A DNA stretch of 64,000 nucleotides. Source: Callorhinchus milii. Lineage: Eukaryota. The notes beneath the pieces are model-generated. The model made no database searches. It saw only the letters and a list, made by a program, of their open reading frames with translations, and was not told the DNA's origin. This document shows positions 1 to 15,000 of the stretch, one piece after another (the stretch's first letter is position 1; each line of letters opens with the position of its first letter). The position numbers were made by a program, and so were the translations under genes. Where the stretch lies: contig NW_024704743.1 in assembly GCF_018977255.1 (NCBI RefSeq), positions 85,562,001 through 85,626,000 of the forward strand, in the 5' to 3' direction.

Positions 1-87
1 TTGGGTGTTATACTGCAAAGTTTGTTGTTGATAACTCAAATGAAGACGAAGTTGATTCAGCAAAAAGCCTTTGTATGCAAAACAAAG
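1..87 (-). CDS. PKHD1L1: PKHD1L1 exon 21 (cut by the window edge)
   Basis: acceptor ttcag, then [29 protein letters not shown]. Confidence 0.9.
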
Positions 88-3000
88 CTGAACAAGTGGT
101 TTAAAAGTGTTAACATTTTGCTGATTTAGTTGCTGGGACTTAATGGGGTAAAGAATCTGATAGGTGCTGTGATCATTATTAGCATTAATATTTATCACTC
201 AAAACAAGTCTTTATGTGTCATCTGGTTTGAAATATGGATACCTACTGAACCCCCCACAGGCCAGATTTCAGCACAATGCTTTGGCCCGAAACTGGCCAA
301 ATTACCATTGTTGCCACTGTTGCATTTTAATGCTCAAATGGACAACTGGCCTTACTCTGAGTTTGCCCCAAGAATTGATGCTGTAATGTAAGCCAGAAGG
401 AAGACAGCAGAACAAGAAAACATAGGTTTAGGTTTGCAAATGACAATTTCATGACATATACCAGGACTTATCTCTTTACCTGAAAGTTAATTAATGACTG
501 GAATAATTTACTGAGAAGGGTGTTTGAGGCCAGGACATTAGGCTCATTTAAAAAACAGTTTGATAATGTGATGTGAGGATGGTAGTATGCGTATTCCAAA
601 TGGCCTTCTTTATCTGAACTGATCTTATTATCTTATAAACAGTGGCAACGGTTGGAAACTTTAGGTAGGCCAGAGCCAAATTATTCAAAACCAGTCAATA
701 ATCAAAGATTGTTCAGAATCCCAATTTTTGTCAATGTTATAATTATCACCTGTGATATTCATCATATCACATGTCACACTTTTCCACTTCAATATCTCCT
801 AAAAATAATTTACAGAGAATTTGAAGTTCATAGGTAAACACAATTTTACATAATGAATAATATTCATTTTAGATATTCACATAAGAGTGAATAATAAGTT
901 TTCAATTCAATCAGGGAGTTTAGATCAGACAAGTAATGTTTACAAAATAGTCAATTTGACAGCTTAATAAGTTACAAAATTGTATTTATTTTTAAAATAT
1001 AAGTTTTAAATTATTGTAGTTTTTNCTTCATTATTTCTTAACTGGATTTCTGAATAAGGAATTTGAGTCATGCAAACGGAGGACTTTGTCCGGGAATTGG
1101 AAGTAGATGACATTTACTGGAGGAACTCTGTTCCAATGTGATCTATTTCATGGAGTTTATGGGATTCCTTCTTATGGGATTCCTTATTAAGGGAAACAGC
1201 ACTAAATGGAAACTATGGGGTAAAGTTTGCAGCATTTCAAAAGACTATTTTATTCTCACCTGCTTGTACTTTGTCAAAGGAATGAATTCATCTTCTGATA
1301 TAAACAAGTAGTTTGGATTTATAAGACAATATCGTCCACAAAAGGCATCTGTCTCAATGGTCACCTTGCCTTGACTGGTAAACTACAAGGTTTAAAATAC
1401 AAACAAAATTGGTTTAATTGTTTTACCGTTGTTGTGCCCAACTCACATTCATTATTCAAGCAGTGAAGGAGAAGTATGTAAAAAGCTTTGCATGAATGAA
1501 TTGGAAGGGAATGTCAGATGTTCTGGTAGTGCTACTGCAAATAACACCTCCTAATTTGTGTTGTCGGTCTAAGGACTGTCTGTGTTCAATTGGAGGTTTC
1601 TGTTCTGTTCCTGTTATTATTTCTATTCATTTGTATTTTCTTAATTGTGGGATGAGGTGGACTGAGCATGCATCTCTGAGGTAAAATGACCACTAGAATT
1701 AGGTCTCTCATGTTTACTCCTGCTCTCTGCGGTTTATTTTGGTGTCTGACACATGTGGCATCCCGTCACCATCACCCACACAAGAACTTCAGAGACAAAC
1801 AGTAATTGAAGCAATCTAAAACTGGACCGAACCCTCACAAACAGCACCATCCCCCAGACTGATTTACTATTTCAGAGCACACTCCATCTGAAAGTGACTA
1901 GTGAAGGCATTTACGTGTGTCCTTTGGTGCCCACAGACTAACTGGTCATTGAGGGAGTGGAATCCCTTCCTGCTCAGCAATGTCATTGTGTTGTCGAATG
2001 GAGACCTCAATGTTAGATCTTGCAGAATACCATTGCCAGCATTCTTAGGAAAACCCAAACCACATAATGTTGGTGCTGAATCTATTATCATCTCTCCAGG
2101 TTCTGATGCACACTTTCTGTTACAACCTCACTGGAGTGTCTCAGTTTTGATTGACAGCACTGCTCAGTGAGGTCCAGATGAGAAAGCCAAAGGCTTTTCA
2201 GCAGGTATGGTCTCTTGCAGCAAGCCCTCCACCTGTGGGATCTTGTCTTCTATTCTATCCTCTCCTCCTTCAAACACGATGGTGCCAGCAGCAATTGGAG
2301 CAAATGAAAATATGCAAGCACCCACCTGTCAGGGTTACCCCAAATTAATTCATCAAGGACGCTTTCCTACACCATGATCTACTGATCTCCCCTCAGTACT
2401 CTGTGAGGACACACTTTTTAAAAGGAGCCGTAATTTCAGAACAGAACAGCACAGAAATAAAATAATAATAATAATTGAAATTCCAATTGAACACGGACAG
2501 TCCTTAGACCGATCACACAAAATAGCCCCTTTCCTCTGAACAACTGGTAGTTTTACATAAGGAACAATTAAATTTTTTCACATTGATACAACAAGGTGCC
2601 TTGTTGCTAGAAAATATTGCTATTTTTCCTTCATTAAATAGCTAATTGAAATGCTTTTAACAAAATATAATTAATAATAATCCTTGCACTCAATACAGTG
2701 TCTGTGTCACTAAAAATAACAACAATAGATTTACATTTGTTTAGCACCTTTCACATCGGGAAGACACCCCAAGGCATTGCACCTTTATCTGGAGGCATCA
2801 AGGGAAACTCCCTTCTCTTTTTTGAATTGTCATGGTATCTAACAGCCACCTGTACAGCCAGTCAGGACCTCAGTTTAACATCTCAGTAAAGAATGGCACA
2901 AGGGCTTCCCCACTAGACTGCACTGGAGTGTCAGCCTAGATTATGAGCTCAAAATCCTGACATGCGACGTGAACCCACAGCTTTCATTGTTACCAAATGA

Positions 3001-6000
3001 GTGATGTAAACACCTGTTGTCATAGCAGTGTTGTCATACGTTGCTTCTCATAGATTCAAAGAATATTGCAACACAGAAGGAGGCCATTCAGCCCGTGGTG
3101 TCTGCTCTTTGGAAGAGTTACCCAATCAGTCCCAATCCCCCACTCTTTCCCCATTGCTGAAGCAATTATGATGATGTCTTTGGGTCTTATACTTACTGTA
3201 GATGACCCACTTTCAAAATCCTGGAAATATTTTACTGCATATCCTTCTGTGTACTGAATCATCCGTTCTGGACATTTCACACCTACTAATTCTTCAATAG
3301 CAGCTTTGACCTGTAGAGAAACATTTTATTAAAGATTAATTCTGAATCACATTAAACATCCTCACCTCAATCTATTTTCATGGTTCTAGCCAATCAACTT
3401 TAAAATAGCTTTGCTTGCAAATACATATCAAAACTTTTTTTTGGCCTGGGTGTCTGACACATGCAGAAACACATCATGTGCTTAAGATTAGCCGCACTGC
3501 AACACTTCACGCTACCGAGCGGCGGTCTCCGCTCTGAGGATTAACTCTGAACATTAACAATCCACGATTGTTTGTGGGACACTGCTGTGCGCAATTGGCT
3601 GGAGCGTTTCGCCCACAAGATATACAGTCAATTCACTTTACAGTGTATCCTGTGAAGCGCTTTGAGACGACTTGGAGATGTGATAAGGCGCTATATCAAT
3701 AACCAGCCGCCACAAACCTCAGTAGCAGTTGCATTTGCTGAGAGGGGTCTGGAGCTGATTCCGTCCAAGATCAGTGTGAAGGTCTCGAGGCTCGGCTCTC
3801 CCTTTATCTGTTCCACCACTTCAATCGTAACATTGGTTCCTCCCAAAACCTCGTACTCGAGGAGCTCAAAATCCCCTGCACAAGAATAATATTAGACAAA
3901 TGGCAACATTACAAAAAATATACTTTTTGAATGTTTTTATTAAATGACTTGTGGTGTGTTTTGCTTGAATCAAATCCAACTGCTACTTGTACTTTTATAA
4001 TGGTTCACATAGTCACACAGTCATCCTAATTAGCCTTATGCCACAAACCCTCTGCAAGCTCTGCTTGTTGTCACGCTTTCATTTAGGCCTTCCCGTATAT
4101 TGTCCTACCTTCTCAGCTTTACCTTTCCCATGATCCTGTCTGACAATACTTCTGATAAAATAGTACAGATATGGTACATTCCACTCATAGAATAAAATGC
4201 TTAAAACTCAATAATTCTAGCCTTACACTTCATGGCTGTTTGTGGGACATTGCTGTGTGCAAATTGGCTTTTGTGCCTATCTACAAATTGGCTTTCATGC
4301 TTGCCTACAAAATACTTTCATACTACACTCTAGTAAATAATGTGAAGGGCTTTGAGATATTTTGATGATGTCAAAGCTATATAAAATTGAAGGATTATTA
4401 TTATGACCCAATCTGAACCAATTATTGACTCCTTTGTAAAAACATTCAAGTTTCCTGAATGGAGCAGGGTGTACTTCACCTCTATTGGAGACAAAGATCA
4501 CGGAGTAGCTAAATCCTTTGCTGTTCGGTCTTTCTGTCACTTCGATGTGGTCTGGTTTAATTGGCAAGAGATTATTTAATGCAGTTTGAACCTGATAGGC
4601 TGAAGCATCTGCAGGAAGAAGACCTGAAAACCACAAGAAAGCAAAGGCTATCAACTTCACCTCAACACAATCATAAAGATCTCGTCTGTCAGTCAGGGAA
4701 TATGCTATATCCGAAGGAAAGGTATTCGAATACACGTAAGACTGACTGGATAAATACCATTAATAGCTGACACCATCAGTGCCCCAACATATACAGTCAG
4801 AGACGTGAATTATTATATTTTGGTAATGGGGAATCTCTCATTGTCTCCTATTGAAATATTTAATGTTGCTAACACCTTCCAGAGAGCTGCACTGATAAAG
4901 GAGCTGTTATTCAGTGAGTTGAAAGTGATTCCTTCCATACAAGTGAATCATACTGGAACCCCCCTAAGAAAAACACTGATGCTGATAATGCATGTCTGAA
5001 ATGGATGGCTCTGAATAATGAGGAGATCCTCACAGTCTGTCTCTTTGATTAAGAAAGGAAGACAATTAGAGTTGTTTAAAACATTTCTAGAGCTCTCTTG
5101 TGGGCTGAAATTGCAGTTTGTATTACATGTTTATATGTTGCAGGACTGATGTTGCCAGCTAATGGGATTTATTCCAGTCAGTTTTACATGTATTCAAATA
5201 CTTGTCCTTTAGATATCATGTAAGCTGAGGTCCCGCAATGCTGTTCAGACAAACGTTAAAGACTCCTTTGCATTATTCGAAAAGAGAAGGGAGTCTCTCC
5301 TGGTGGCCTGGCCAATAGTCTGCCAAATAGGATTTGTATCTTGAATGTTTGTGGGACATTGCAGTGCACAAATTAGCTGCTGTGTTCACTTACAAAATAC
5401 ACCACCCTTTACAATGAATCCTGTGAAATGTCAGCTACTAACGGGAGTTCCTGATTATGATGACACATTGTCAAAGTCACTACACAGAACAGCAACCTCA
5501 ACTCTCTAGGTTGCTTAGGTGGTAAATACAACACTTCATGTGATACTAAGTCATTAAGACCGACATGTCACACACAACTTTGCTTTTGGAGTAAGGCTGT
5601 GAGTTTGGTCGAGGTTCCTATCAGTTTCAATTACAGTGCATTTGGCTTTACCTGTTTTTGCCTTGTTGTAAGAGAGTCTGTACCAGTGATCAAAGCAGGT
5701 GTTTGACTCCTGGCAGGGACTGTTTACTGTGACATTTTGAATCTCATGGACTGCATATCCTATTTTCCAGTTCTTCAAGGTCAGAACCTAAAGTTAAATG
5801 ATACTAAAATGAAAACAGACTTCTGGAAATGAAGGCTTATTAAACTAGCAACAACAACAACAAATTACATTTGTAAAGTGCCTTTTCTTGTTGGGACGAT
5901 GTACCAAGGCACTGGACAGTCAGGGATTTGGATCCGAGCAGGGGGTTGGGATCAGGGAGGGTGGAGGGTGGGGAGGGTAGGAGGGTGGCCGAAAGCACAG

Positions 6001-9000
6001 TCGAAGAGGAGGGTCTTGAGACATGCCTTAAAGAAGGCAAGGGAGGGAGCAAGGCAAAGGGATTGTGGGATGGAGATCCAAAGGGTGGGGGCCAAGAGGC
6101 TGAAGGCCTGACCACCAATGGCGGTGCGGGCCAGGTGGAGGATGTGGAGCAGGCCTGCTGAATTGAGGGCGGACGGGTTGATATGGCATTAGCAGGTCAC
6201 AGAAGTAGGAAGGAGCAAGGATGTTGAGGGTTTTGAAGGCGAGGGCGAGGATTTTGAACTCTATTCTCTGGAGGATAGGGTGTCAGTGGAGCTGGGTGAG
6301 GGTGGGGGTGATAGGGTCACGGAGTCTGCTGCGGGAGAGGACATAAACTGCAGAGTTCTGGATGATCTGTGGCTTGTGGAGGAAAGAGTTGGGAAGGCCA
6401 ACAAGCAGGGAGTTGTTGTAGTTGAGCCTAGATGTAATAAAAGCATGAATGAGTGTTTCAACGGCCTAAGGGTAGAGGCAATGGTGGAGCCGGGAGATGT
6501 TGCGGAGGTGGAGGAAGGCAGAACAGGTCATGGCACGGATGTGAGGTAGAAAAGTTACTTCAGGGTCAAACAAGATGCCAAGATTCTGGACTGGTTCAGT
6601 GAGTGTACATCCTTGGATGGTGATGCTGTCAGTGTCTGAGGTGTGGAGGCGCTGACATGAGCTAATGAGGAGAGCTTCGGTCTTGTTGACGTTCAACTGG
6701 AACTGTCTTGGTATATGTGGAAATATTACTCTTGATGTTGGGATACAGGGATTCCCCTATAATCATTTAGAATAGAACAAGATTTTTATATCCATTCATT
6801 TAAGATATGTTTAATTAATTGTATTAACAGGTCAAAATGGCCACCAAATTAGCTTTCTTACTAATGGAATGTGGCACAGGCTGGAACCACGGTATCCGTT
6901 ATCTCTCCTCTCTCCAGATGCACTTTGCTAAGTGTTATTGTAACCTTGGGTACTAGCTAGACATGGAGGAAAGCTCTGCAAAACATTATATGTTAGGCCT
7001 AGGAAGATAAGGAGTAGACTTGTAGACAAGACAATGGAGACTCACTTTATCAATTGTCAGGCTGGCACCAGGCCAATGATTGATTAGGATGAGTATGTGC
7101 AGGACAAGTTGTGAGAGGGAAGAAGGTATCTGGCAAGAGTCCAGAAACGGGGTTAATTAGTGAAGAGAGAGAGAGAAGTCAGTTGGGCTGACTGCCAGGA
7201 GGAAAGCGAGGGATTTATACCAGCAAAACCAGGGCAAGCGCGGGACGACAGCCAAGAAATCTTTTTCCACTTTTGTTCTACGCGAATTAACCGGTAGTGT
7301 GCTCTTCTTTACACACTATTAAGCTCACTGTCTTATAATAAAAGAATTATTGCACCATTTTGGATTGTCGGGTCATATTTCGAACTGTCGGGATTGGAAA
7401 TCCCAACATTGATTTACTTCTGTCAAATCCATTCATAAACAATACAATTTACATTTATATGGTGCATTTTTAATCGGGAGGACATCCCAAAAGTGCTTTG
7501 CAGTGCTGGCACTTAAGCTGGGGGCAACAGCCAAGAGGGTGAGGAGAGGAAAGTTGGTCCCCCAAAAAACGGTCAAAGAGGTATGTTTTGAGACATGACT
7601 TGAAAGAGGGAAAGGAGAGGGCGATGTGGAGGAACTCTGGGATGGAATTCCAGAGACTGGGGACAGAATGGCTGAAAGCCTGCCCACCGATGGTGAGATG
7701 GATAGGGCGAGAACCTGGTACTTGCTGAGTGAAGAGAACAGCTGGGTCAGTAGGGTTGTAGGAGGTTGCAGAGGTAGGGTGGGATAACACTGTACTTAAA
7801 GGTAAGAATGAGGATCTAGATCTTGATCTGCTGGGGAATGGGAATCAATGGAGTTGAATGAGGTTGGGGATGACAGCCTCTGTTGTGTGAGAGGACATGG
7901 GCAGCAGAGTTCTAGGTAGTCTGCTTAGGGTGTGGAAAAGCTGGGGAGTATAGCAAACAGAGCATTGGATGTAATAAAGGGATGAATGATGGTCTCAGCA
8001 GTCCAAGGAGAATGGTAATGGTGGAGGCAGACAATGTTTCAGAGGTGAGGAAAAAACTTCCCTTATAGATATCTCTTTTTATAATAATAATCGTTGCATT
8101 TGATATAACGCCTTTTCATGTCATTGAGATGTCTCAAAGCGCTTCAGAGAATATTCTGTAACGTAAATTGACTGTATTTTGTGGGCAAAACATGAAAGCC
8201 AATTACGCAAAGCAGGGACCAAATTATTATTATTTAAACGATTTTTTAATGGGATTATTATCCCGGAAAGCAATCTTCCAATTGAATCACAACCAGTTTC
8301 TTACTTACTGCTAGACAAACAGAGACGTGTGGAGTAAGGAACTTGTCTAAGGTTTCGCCTTGCCTGGGAATCGAATCGGGTACTCTTGCTTGCGAGGCGA
8401 GTGCTCTAACCAATATGCTACAGGACTCCACTTTTTAAGTCTGAGGAGCTCCGGATTATCTAGCCTTTCCTTAGAGTTCATTCCTGTAATAGTGAGGAAC
8501 AGCAATTTTTCTGCACTGCCTCGATGACATAAACTACCCTCTTCTGTCCAGACCCAACCAGGTGTAGCCAGAAAAAACACTGTATGGCTTTAACATTACT
8601 GTTGCAATATGAACTTAACTGACTGGGCAATATTGCCCAGGATCCAATTTGCCTTGTTTATTGCACAACTGGGTACTGTATTTCGCTCACAAAATACACA
8701 ATCAATTCACTTTAGAGTCTATCCTGGAAGCACTCCGAGAAATCTCGACGACATGAAAAGCGCAACATCAAATGCAAGTATTATTATTATAAAGTCACAA
8801 GTCAATCAGCTTCCCCCTTAACCTTTACTTATACCAGAAGTAACACTTCACAGCATTTTAAAGTAATTTGATCATGCATCTAATATATATAATGCATCAA
8901 AAGTGAATAGCAAGTGAAACAAACCTGTTTTTCAAGCTTAACAGTAGATGTTGTATCAATTAATTGCTGTTCACTAACTGCATCAGATGTCTGCTGCTCC

Positions 9001-12000
9001 AGGTAAGTACTGCTCTCTCTGTATGCACTGATGGTGACAGAGTGAAAATCAGCACGTTCCTTCACCAGTACTTCAATGTAGTACCTAAAGATAAAAGAGG
9101 AGAGTATTGGTTATTCAGTCAGTCACTAAGAGAGTATAGCTTATCTATTTGGAGGTTCCTTCACCCCCACATATTACACACAAAGTGCCAGTAACAGTGG
9201 AATACCATTTTCATGGAATATTGAGTTTGTTATTTTTGTGTTGTTTTGTTTATTTTGGCTTAAAACGGAATTCAATTCTGTATGTTCCTGCTGAGCTGCT
9301 TTTACTTCTACATCAAGGAGTGTGAGGCAGTAATAAACAAGGCAAACAGGATGCTGGGCTACATTACCCCCAATGAGTTAAAATCACATCCCACCAGGCT
9401 ATGTTCAGTGAACCAATCAGGCTGTACCGGAAATACTGACTCAGGTATAGTCACTGCAAGATAAAGGGCTGCCCAAGCCCCAGAGCAGTGGAGAGCAACA
9501 GGCTGATCTCTGGTGTTAGAGGGATGAACAACAAGGAACGACTAGATAAGCTGGGGCTCTTCAGCCTTCACAATGGACATTTCAGAGAAAACAGGATTTG
9601 GTCAACAGTTAGAATGGCTTATCAGGAAGAACAAAGGACACTGGCCTCATTTAAGAAACAGCTTATTACTGTAAATTTTGTAGATCGGAGTTCAGTTGCC
9701 ATCAGTCAGCCAGTATGTCCTGCTTCCTTTCTGAACTCATTGCATATTAAATCTTAAAGTAGATGAAATATAACAGTACTTACTCTTTCCCTTTCTGAAG
9801 ATGAACAACACTTGCTTTTGGCCAGCGAAATAGGTGGTAAGATTTAGAAGCGTAGATAATCCATTTTCCAAAGTTAATTTGAACCTGCAATTGACGTAAA
9901 GCAACACTTAAAGAGCTTTCAATGCATAGTCAACACGTATTATGTTTCATAGCATATTTATTAATCCACACTTGAAACCAATCCATATATTTAACTGTAA
10001 AAATCATAAGATAGTATTATTTAGATTAGACCATATGATCTCAACCTTCCTAAATCATCAAGCAATGTCTTAAATGAGTCCGGTGTTGTGGCCTCAACCA
10101 CTTTTCCAGGTAACCCTTTAAACTAGACTTTAACTACCCATTTTTAAAAGGAAAACTTTCTGGTATATGTGCTAGAACTATGAATGTAAAATGAAGAATT
10201 TCACTAATTGTAAATCTGACCCAAAATTGCATATTGGATTCCACTAACATCTCAACTGCTGACACATTAAAAAAACTAATTTACATAGAATCACATAAAC
10301 TGCAAGTGAATAATTTACCAACTAACTTTTCCAAACCAAAGGAAAACACTTCTGAGATAATTCTCTGAAGGTTTCCAAATTTAGAAACTCACAATGGAAA
10401 GCAGAGGAGAATAAGATTTACTCATCCACCAAAGTCAACAATTTTACTGACCTTTTTAGATTCACCTCTTCTAGCTATGGTTTTCATCAGTAGTATAGGA
10501 ACAGTATCACAGTGATGAGTTAAAGTAGAACAATTCACTGCTCTGTTCTGATTGTTACTCCCTCTCCTGCTTTATAACACCAACATCAACAACAACTTGC
10601 ATTTGTATAGCGCCCTTAGTGCTGGGCAGCGCCTAGAGTGCCAAAAAGTGGCGGAGCTTGATACTGAGGTGGAACTTGATGCTGAGGCTGGGGGAGGGAG
10701 GAAGTGACCATAAGCAAGGTCAAAGAAGAAGGTCTTCAGTCTTAAAGTGGGTCTTCACATATTATAGTAACATCTCCATTCTTTTCAATTTTTAAAAAAA
10801 ATTCCGAGCAGTCCATTGAGTTCCTAAGCATTTATCCTATTTTTCTCTCCTCCTCTCCCATTGAGTGTGGTACTCGGTTAAGACTGCAAACTATAGATAT
10901 AAGAGATGACTGTCTATAGTTTAGTAAATTTATGAACCTTGGTGGATGAGTAAATCCTATTCTCTGGTTTCCATTGTGAGTTCATAAATTTACAAACCTT
11001 CAGAGATTCATCTCTCAAGTGTTTTCCATTGGTTTGGAAATGTTAGGTGATAGAATCATATAAACTACAAGTAAATAATCTAAGTAAAGGATTTTTAAAG
11101 TATCAGCGGTTTGGAAGTTAGTGGAATCCAATGAACAACACAGGGTCAGATTCACAAGCAGTTAAATTCTTCATTTTACATACAAAATTCTAGCATAGGT
11201 ACCAGAAAGCTTTTCTAACAAAAATGAGGAAGAGAAGATTAATTAAAGGGTTACCAGAAAGAGGGCTTAAGGCCAGAACGCTGGATCCATTTGGAAAGAA
11301 GAAGCGAGTTTTTCCTGGCGTCCTGGCCCAACAATTCCCCAAACAAAATTAGCCATTCACTTCATAGTTGTTTATGCAACATTGCTGTGTACAAATTGTC
11401 TGCCATGTTCACCTACATTTACACTTTATATTACATCTGGTGAAGTGCCTTGAGATGTCCACCTGACGTGAAAGACACTTTTACATCTATGTATTATAAT
11501 TATTATTATTATTAATAATAATCCTTGCATTTGATATAGCGCTTTTCACGTCGGGAAGACGTCCCAAAGCGCTTCACAGAACACACTGTAAAGTGAATTG
11601 ACTGTATATTTATGGGCGAACGTGGCAGCCAATTGCGCACAGCAGTGTCCCACAAACAGTCGTAGATTGAAAATGACCAATTTATTATTGTTTTGTTTTG
11701 GAGGGATTATTATTAGGCGTGTGGAGTAAGGAAACTTGCCCAAGGTTTCGCCCTGCCTGGAATTGAACTCAGGTCTCTCGCTTGCAAAGCGAGTGCTCTA
11801 ACCACTGAGCTACAGGACTCCACGTTACTAACTATTATTATTATTAACTATTATTAACTGTTTCTCTTTGGTTTGAATTGCCAGTTCAGTGGCAGCAGCA
11901 GCTTTCTGTACCAGCAGGTTCAATGCTAAGTACAATACTAAAGAGAGCCAGACAGTGTTGTCTGCCTGGCATTACAATATTTGTACTGCATGATTTTTTG

Positions 12001-15000
12001 TAACTATGGGATTGACCACATGTACTGCAATGGTCTTTCTCAATCCTCCTTACCTTGTCTTGAGGGTGTCCAGTGGAGCTGAAATGCAGTGCATAACTAC
12101 CTCGACCCTTGATGTAAAAACGGTAATTGTCAGTCACTGGGGGCACAAAAAAGCCACTGAATCGGGCAACAAATGGATCAGAGTCCTTTGACCGCTCATA
12201 CGAAAGGGTATCAACCCAATTCACAGAATATCCTGGAGTACTGTTATTGTAGTTTAGTATCTCACTTAGCGATTCTGGGTTACTATTCGTCCAAATTTCC
12301 AATTTCAAACCCCTTCCACCTAAGTCAACACAGAAAGGAATAATGAATATGTGCATATAAACACGAAGAACATTTGCTAAAACTATTCCTGTGACATAAT
12401 CTCATGAACTGCACTGTGATTCAAATTGAAATCATTGGAACACATCCAGCGGGAGAGTTCCGTGTACCAATAGTAAGTGGAAAACATTAGAGAGCTCACA
12501 CAATCCTCTACACAAAGCATTAAGGACCTGTAACAACAATATTCATTCATATAACACTTTTATTTAGGAAAACATGCCCTGTAAGTTCTGTTAGCATTTC
12601 AGATGTGAAAGGCACTATATAAACGTAAATTGTTATCCTAATTCTCTGCTTTTATATTCAATACCTCTTCCTATGAACTCCAGCATCTTATTTACCTTGC
12701 TGATGGCTCTCTATACTTCTGAACTAATTTTTAGTGCTTTATTTACAGAAAACCCAAGTATTATATGTTTATCAACTTGACCTGGAACTTCAACATTTAA
12801 ATATTTCAATCCCATTTCCAAGGCGTTAACGTTACTTACCTTAGCAATGTTGTGAAGTATGTATCTGAATATATTCTGCAAGGATTTATTCTTATATACT
12901 CACGCTTTCAAAGAACCAGCACAGGCTTCTTACATGCTAAACATTTCTATGGTATTATGCTTCTTTGTGTGAACTATCTATCCAATGGCTACATTGAAAA
13001 CTTAGATTTTTATTAAATTTAATTCAGCACAGCAAAAGAACTTCACCTGGAAAGATTGTTCTCTCAGTATTATCTTCTTTAGGTGTTTTGCAGATTATTT
13101 GATTGTTGCTGAGACTTATAATATCACAGTTTTGCCCTGTATGAAAGTAAAAAAAAGGAAGAATTGTATCAAGAATGTAAGAATGACTTTTGTTTCTTTT
13201 ATGGATGGTTCATGATTCAAATATTTAAACAGAACCAATTTTATTATTTCACTAACCATCGTGCTGAGTATATAACAGATCACAATTTGAATAAACCAAA
13301 TGGCGATGGGCTTACATGTCATTGGCTGTAAATCCTGCATTTCAATATTTTGTAGTTGATTTGATTAGATTATAAATGCTGTTAAAAACAACAGTTAAAA
13401 ATAGAACAAAGTAATTCAGTAACAAGCTGAATGTAATCTATGTCCTCTATAAACCCCAAATTTCACCTAGTCAATAAGACCACTTTGTTTTAAAGTGCAA
13501 AATTGTCAAAAAGTTCGGTCTTAAATTGGAAACTGGTTCTTTTTCAGAGCTGCAGCAAACCAAATTGTCCATCATTCTGTCTGATCTTAAATTTTAAGAC
13601 TAAATTGTATAACAGGTTAACAATAGATGGAATTTCAAATCTCTTGATACCTTTTATCATAACTCTAGCTGAGGAATCTGTTTCATCAAAGAATTGGCCG
13701 GTTACTGTCAGTCGGGTTCCTCCTTCCACACTCCCTGCAGATGGGTAGATCCCTCTGATCTCTGAAAAGACAACACTACACAGATGTTTAAAAGTTACAG
13801 TTAACATTATTTTTTAACAAGCTTTCGGGATGGGAATATATTTTAAGATACACAAAGTTCCATTTGTTCCACGGTTAAATGCAAGTTGTTGTTGTTTATG
13901 CTTGATGGCAAATAAACCATTTAAATGCTGCTATGTATATCAAGCCAAGGCCAAAATTTGCCAAGTAAATTGAAAAGCACAGGAAGTTGTTGCATTTGCA
14001 ACACAAGTAACTGAGCTGCTGTATGTATTACCACAACATAGTTTATCTTTTGTTAAGTGCACATGCCAATGTGCTGCTGCTTTTTGTATGTAATACAGAA
14101 ATGCACAATTTGCAGGAGCATGTATAAATCACTTCTAAATTTCTTAGATAAATTAATTAAACACTTGCCTATTAAACCTAAATCTGCAAAGCTACTTTGT
14201 GTTAGACCAATCTATAAAACTAATGTGTGCTTATAAATCCTGAAGCAGTGCTGATTGTTAACAATGCCAATATTCATCAAGTTTTGCACAAGCAATTCAC
14301 TAAAATGAAAAGTATTCATCCTGACACCATCCTCTGACTCAGAAGCAAGGGTGCTAGCAACTGAGTTAGGCTGATACCAATATACTGAATTTTATGCACC
14401 ATATTTAAAGTAACATACACATATGCAATAGCCAGAGGAGACAAAACAGACTTCAACAGAAAACATAATTAACCAGTTGAAATTGTAGTTTCCTTACCTG
14501 CAAATGTTTGGAACATACTGATTTTATTCAGGGAAGAAACAAAGTGGGTGTAGGTTTCAGGCAAAGATCTACAACAGGAAACAAAGAGGCAATTTTCAGT
14601 CTATATTTGAAATTGCAGGATTACTTTGAAGTTTCACTTGGCATGTAATTCAAACCAGTGAAATCCAATTTGTGCACTGTAAGAACTTTGGAATCACTTG
14701 CAACATAACCATTAGTGAATGCTTTATATGTGTCTAAAATTGCATTAAAATCTTGGTAGAATGAGTAGGATATAACTTTATAAGATTTTTTAAAGTGGAA
14801 ACAAGTCTATTCAAAGGGATTAGGGGAGCCAAGAGAGAACTAGAAAGGGCTGTGGAATAGCCAAAAACGTCTTCCAGTATTATAACAGTTAGAGGGTAGT
14901 TAGGGAAAACATTAAAATCCAAAGGGGTCCAACGGCTGTTGAAAAATCAAGCCTAACAGGATATTGTCCAACATTTATATGACTCTTTCCTGGAGATTTT

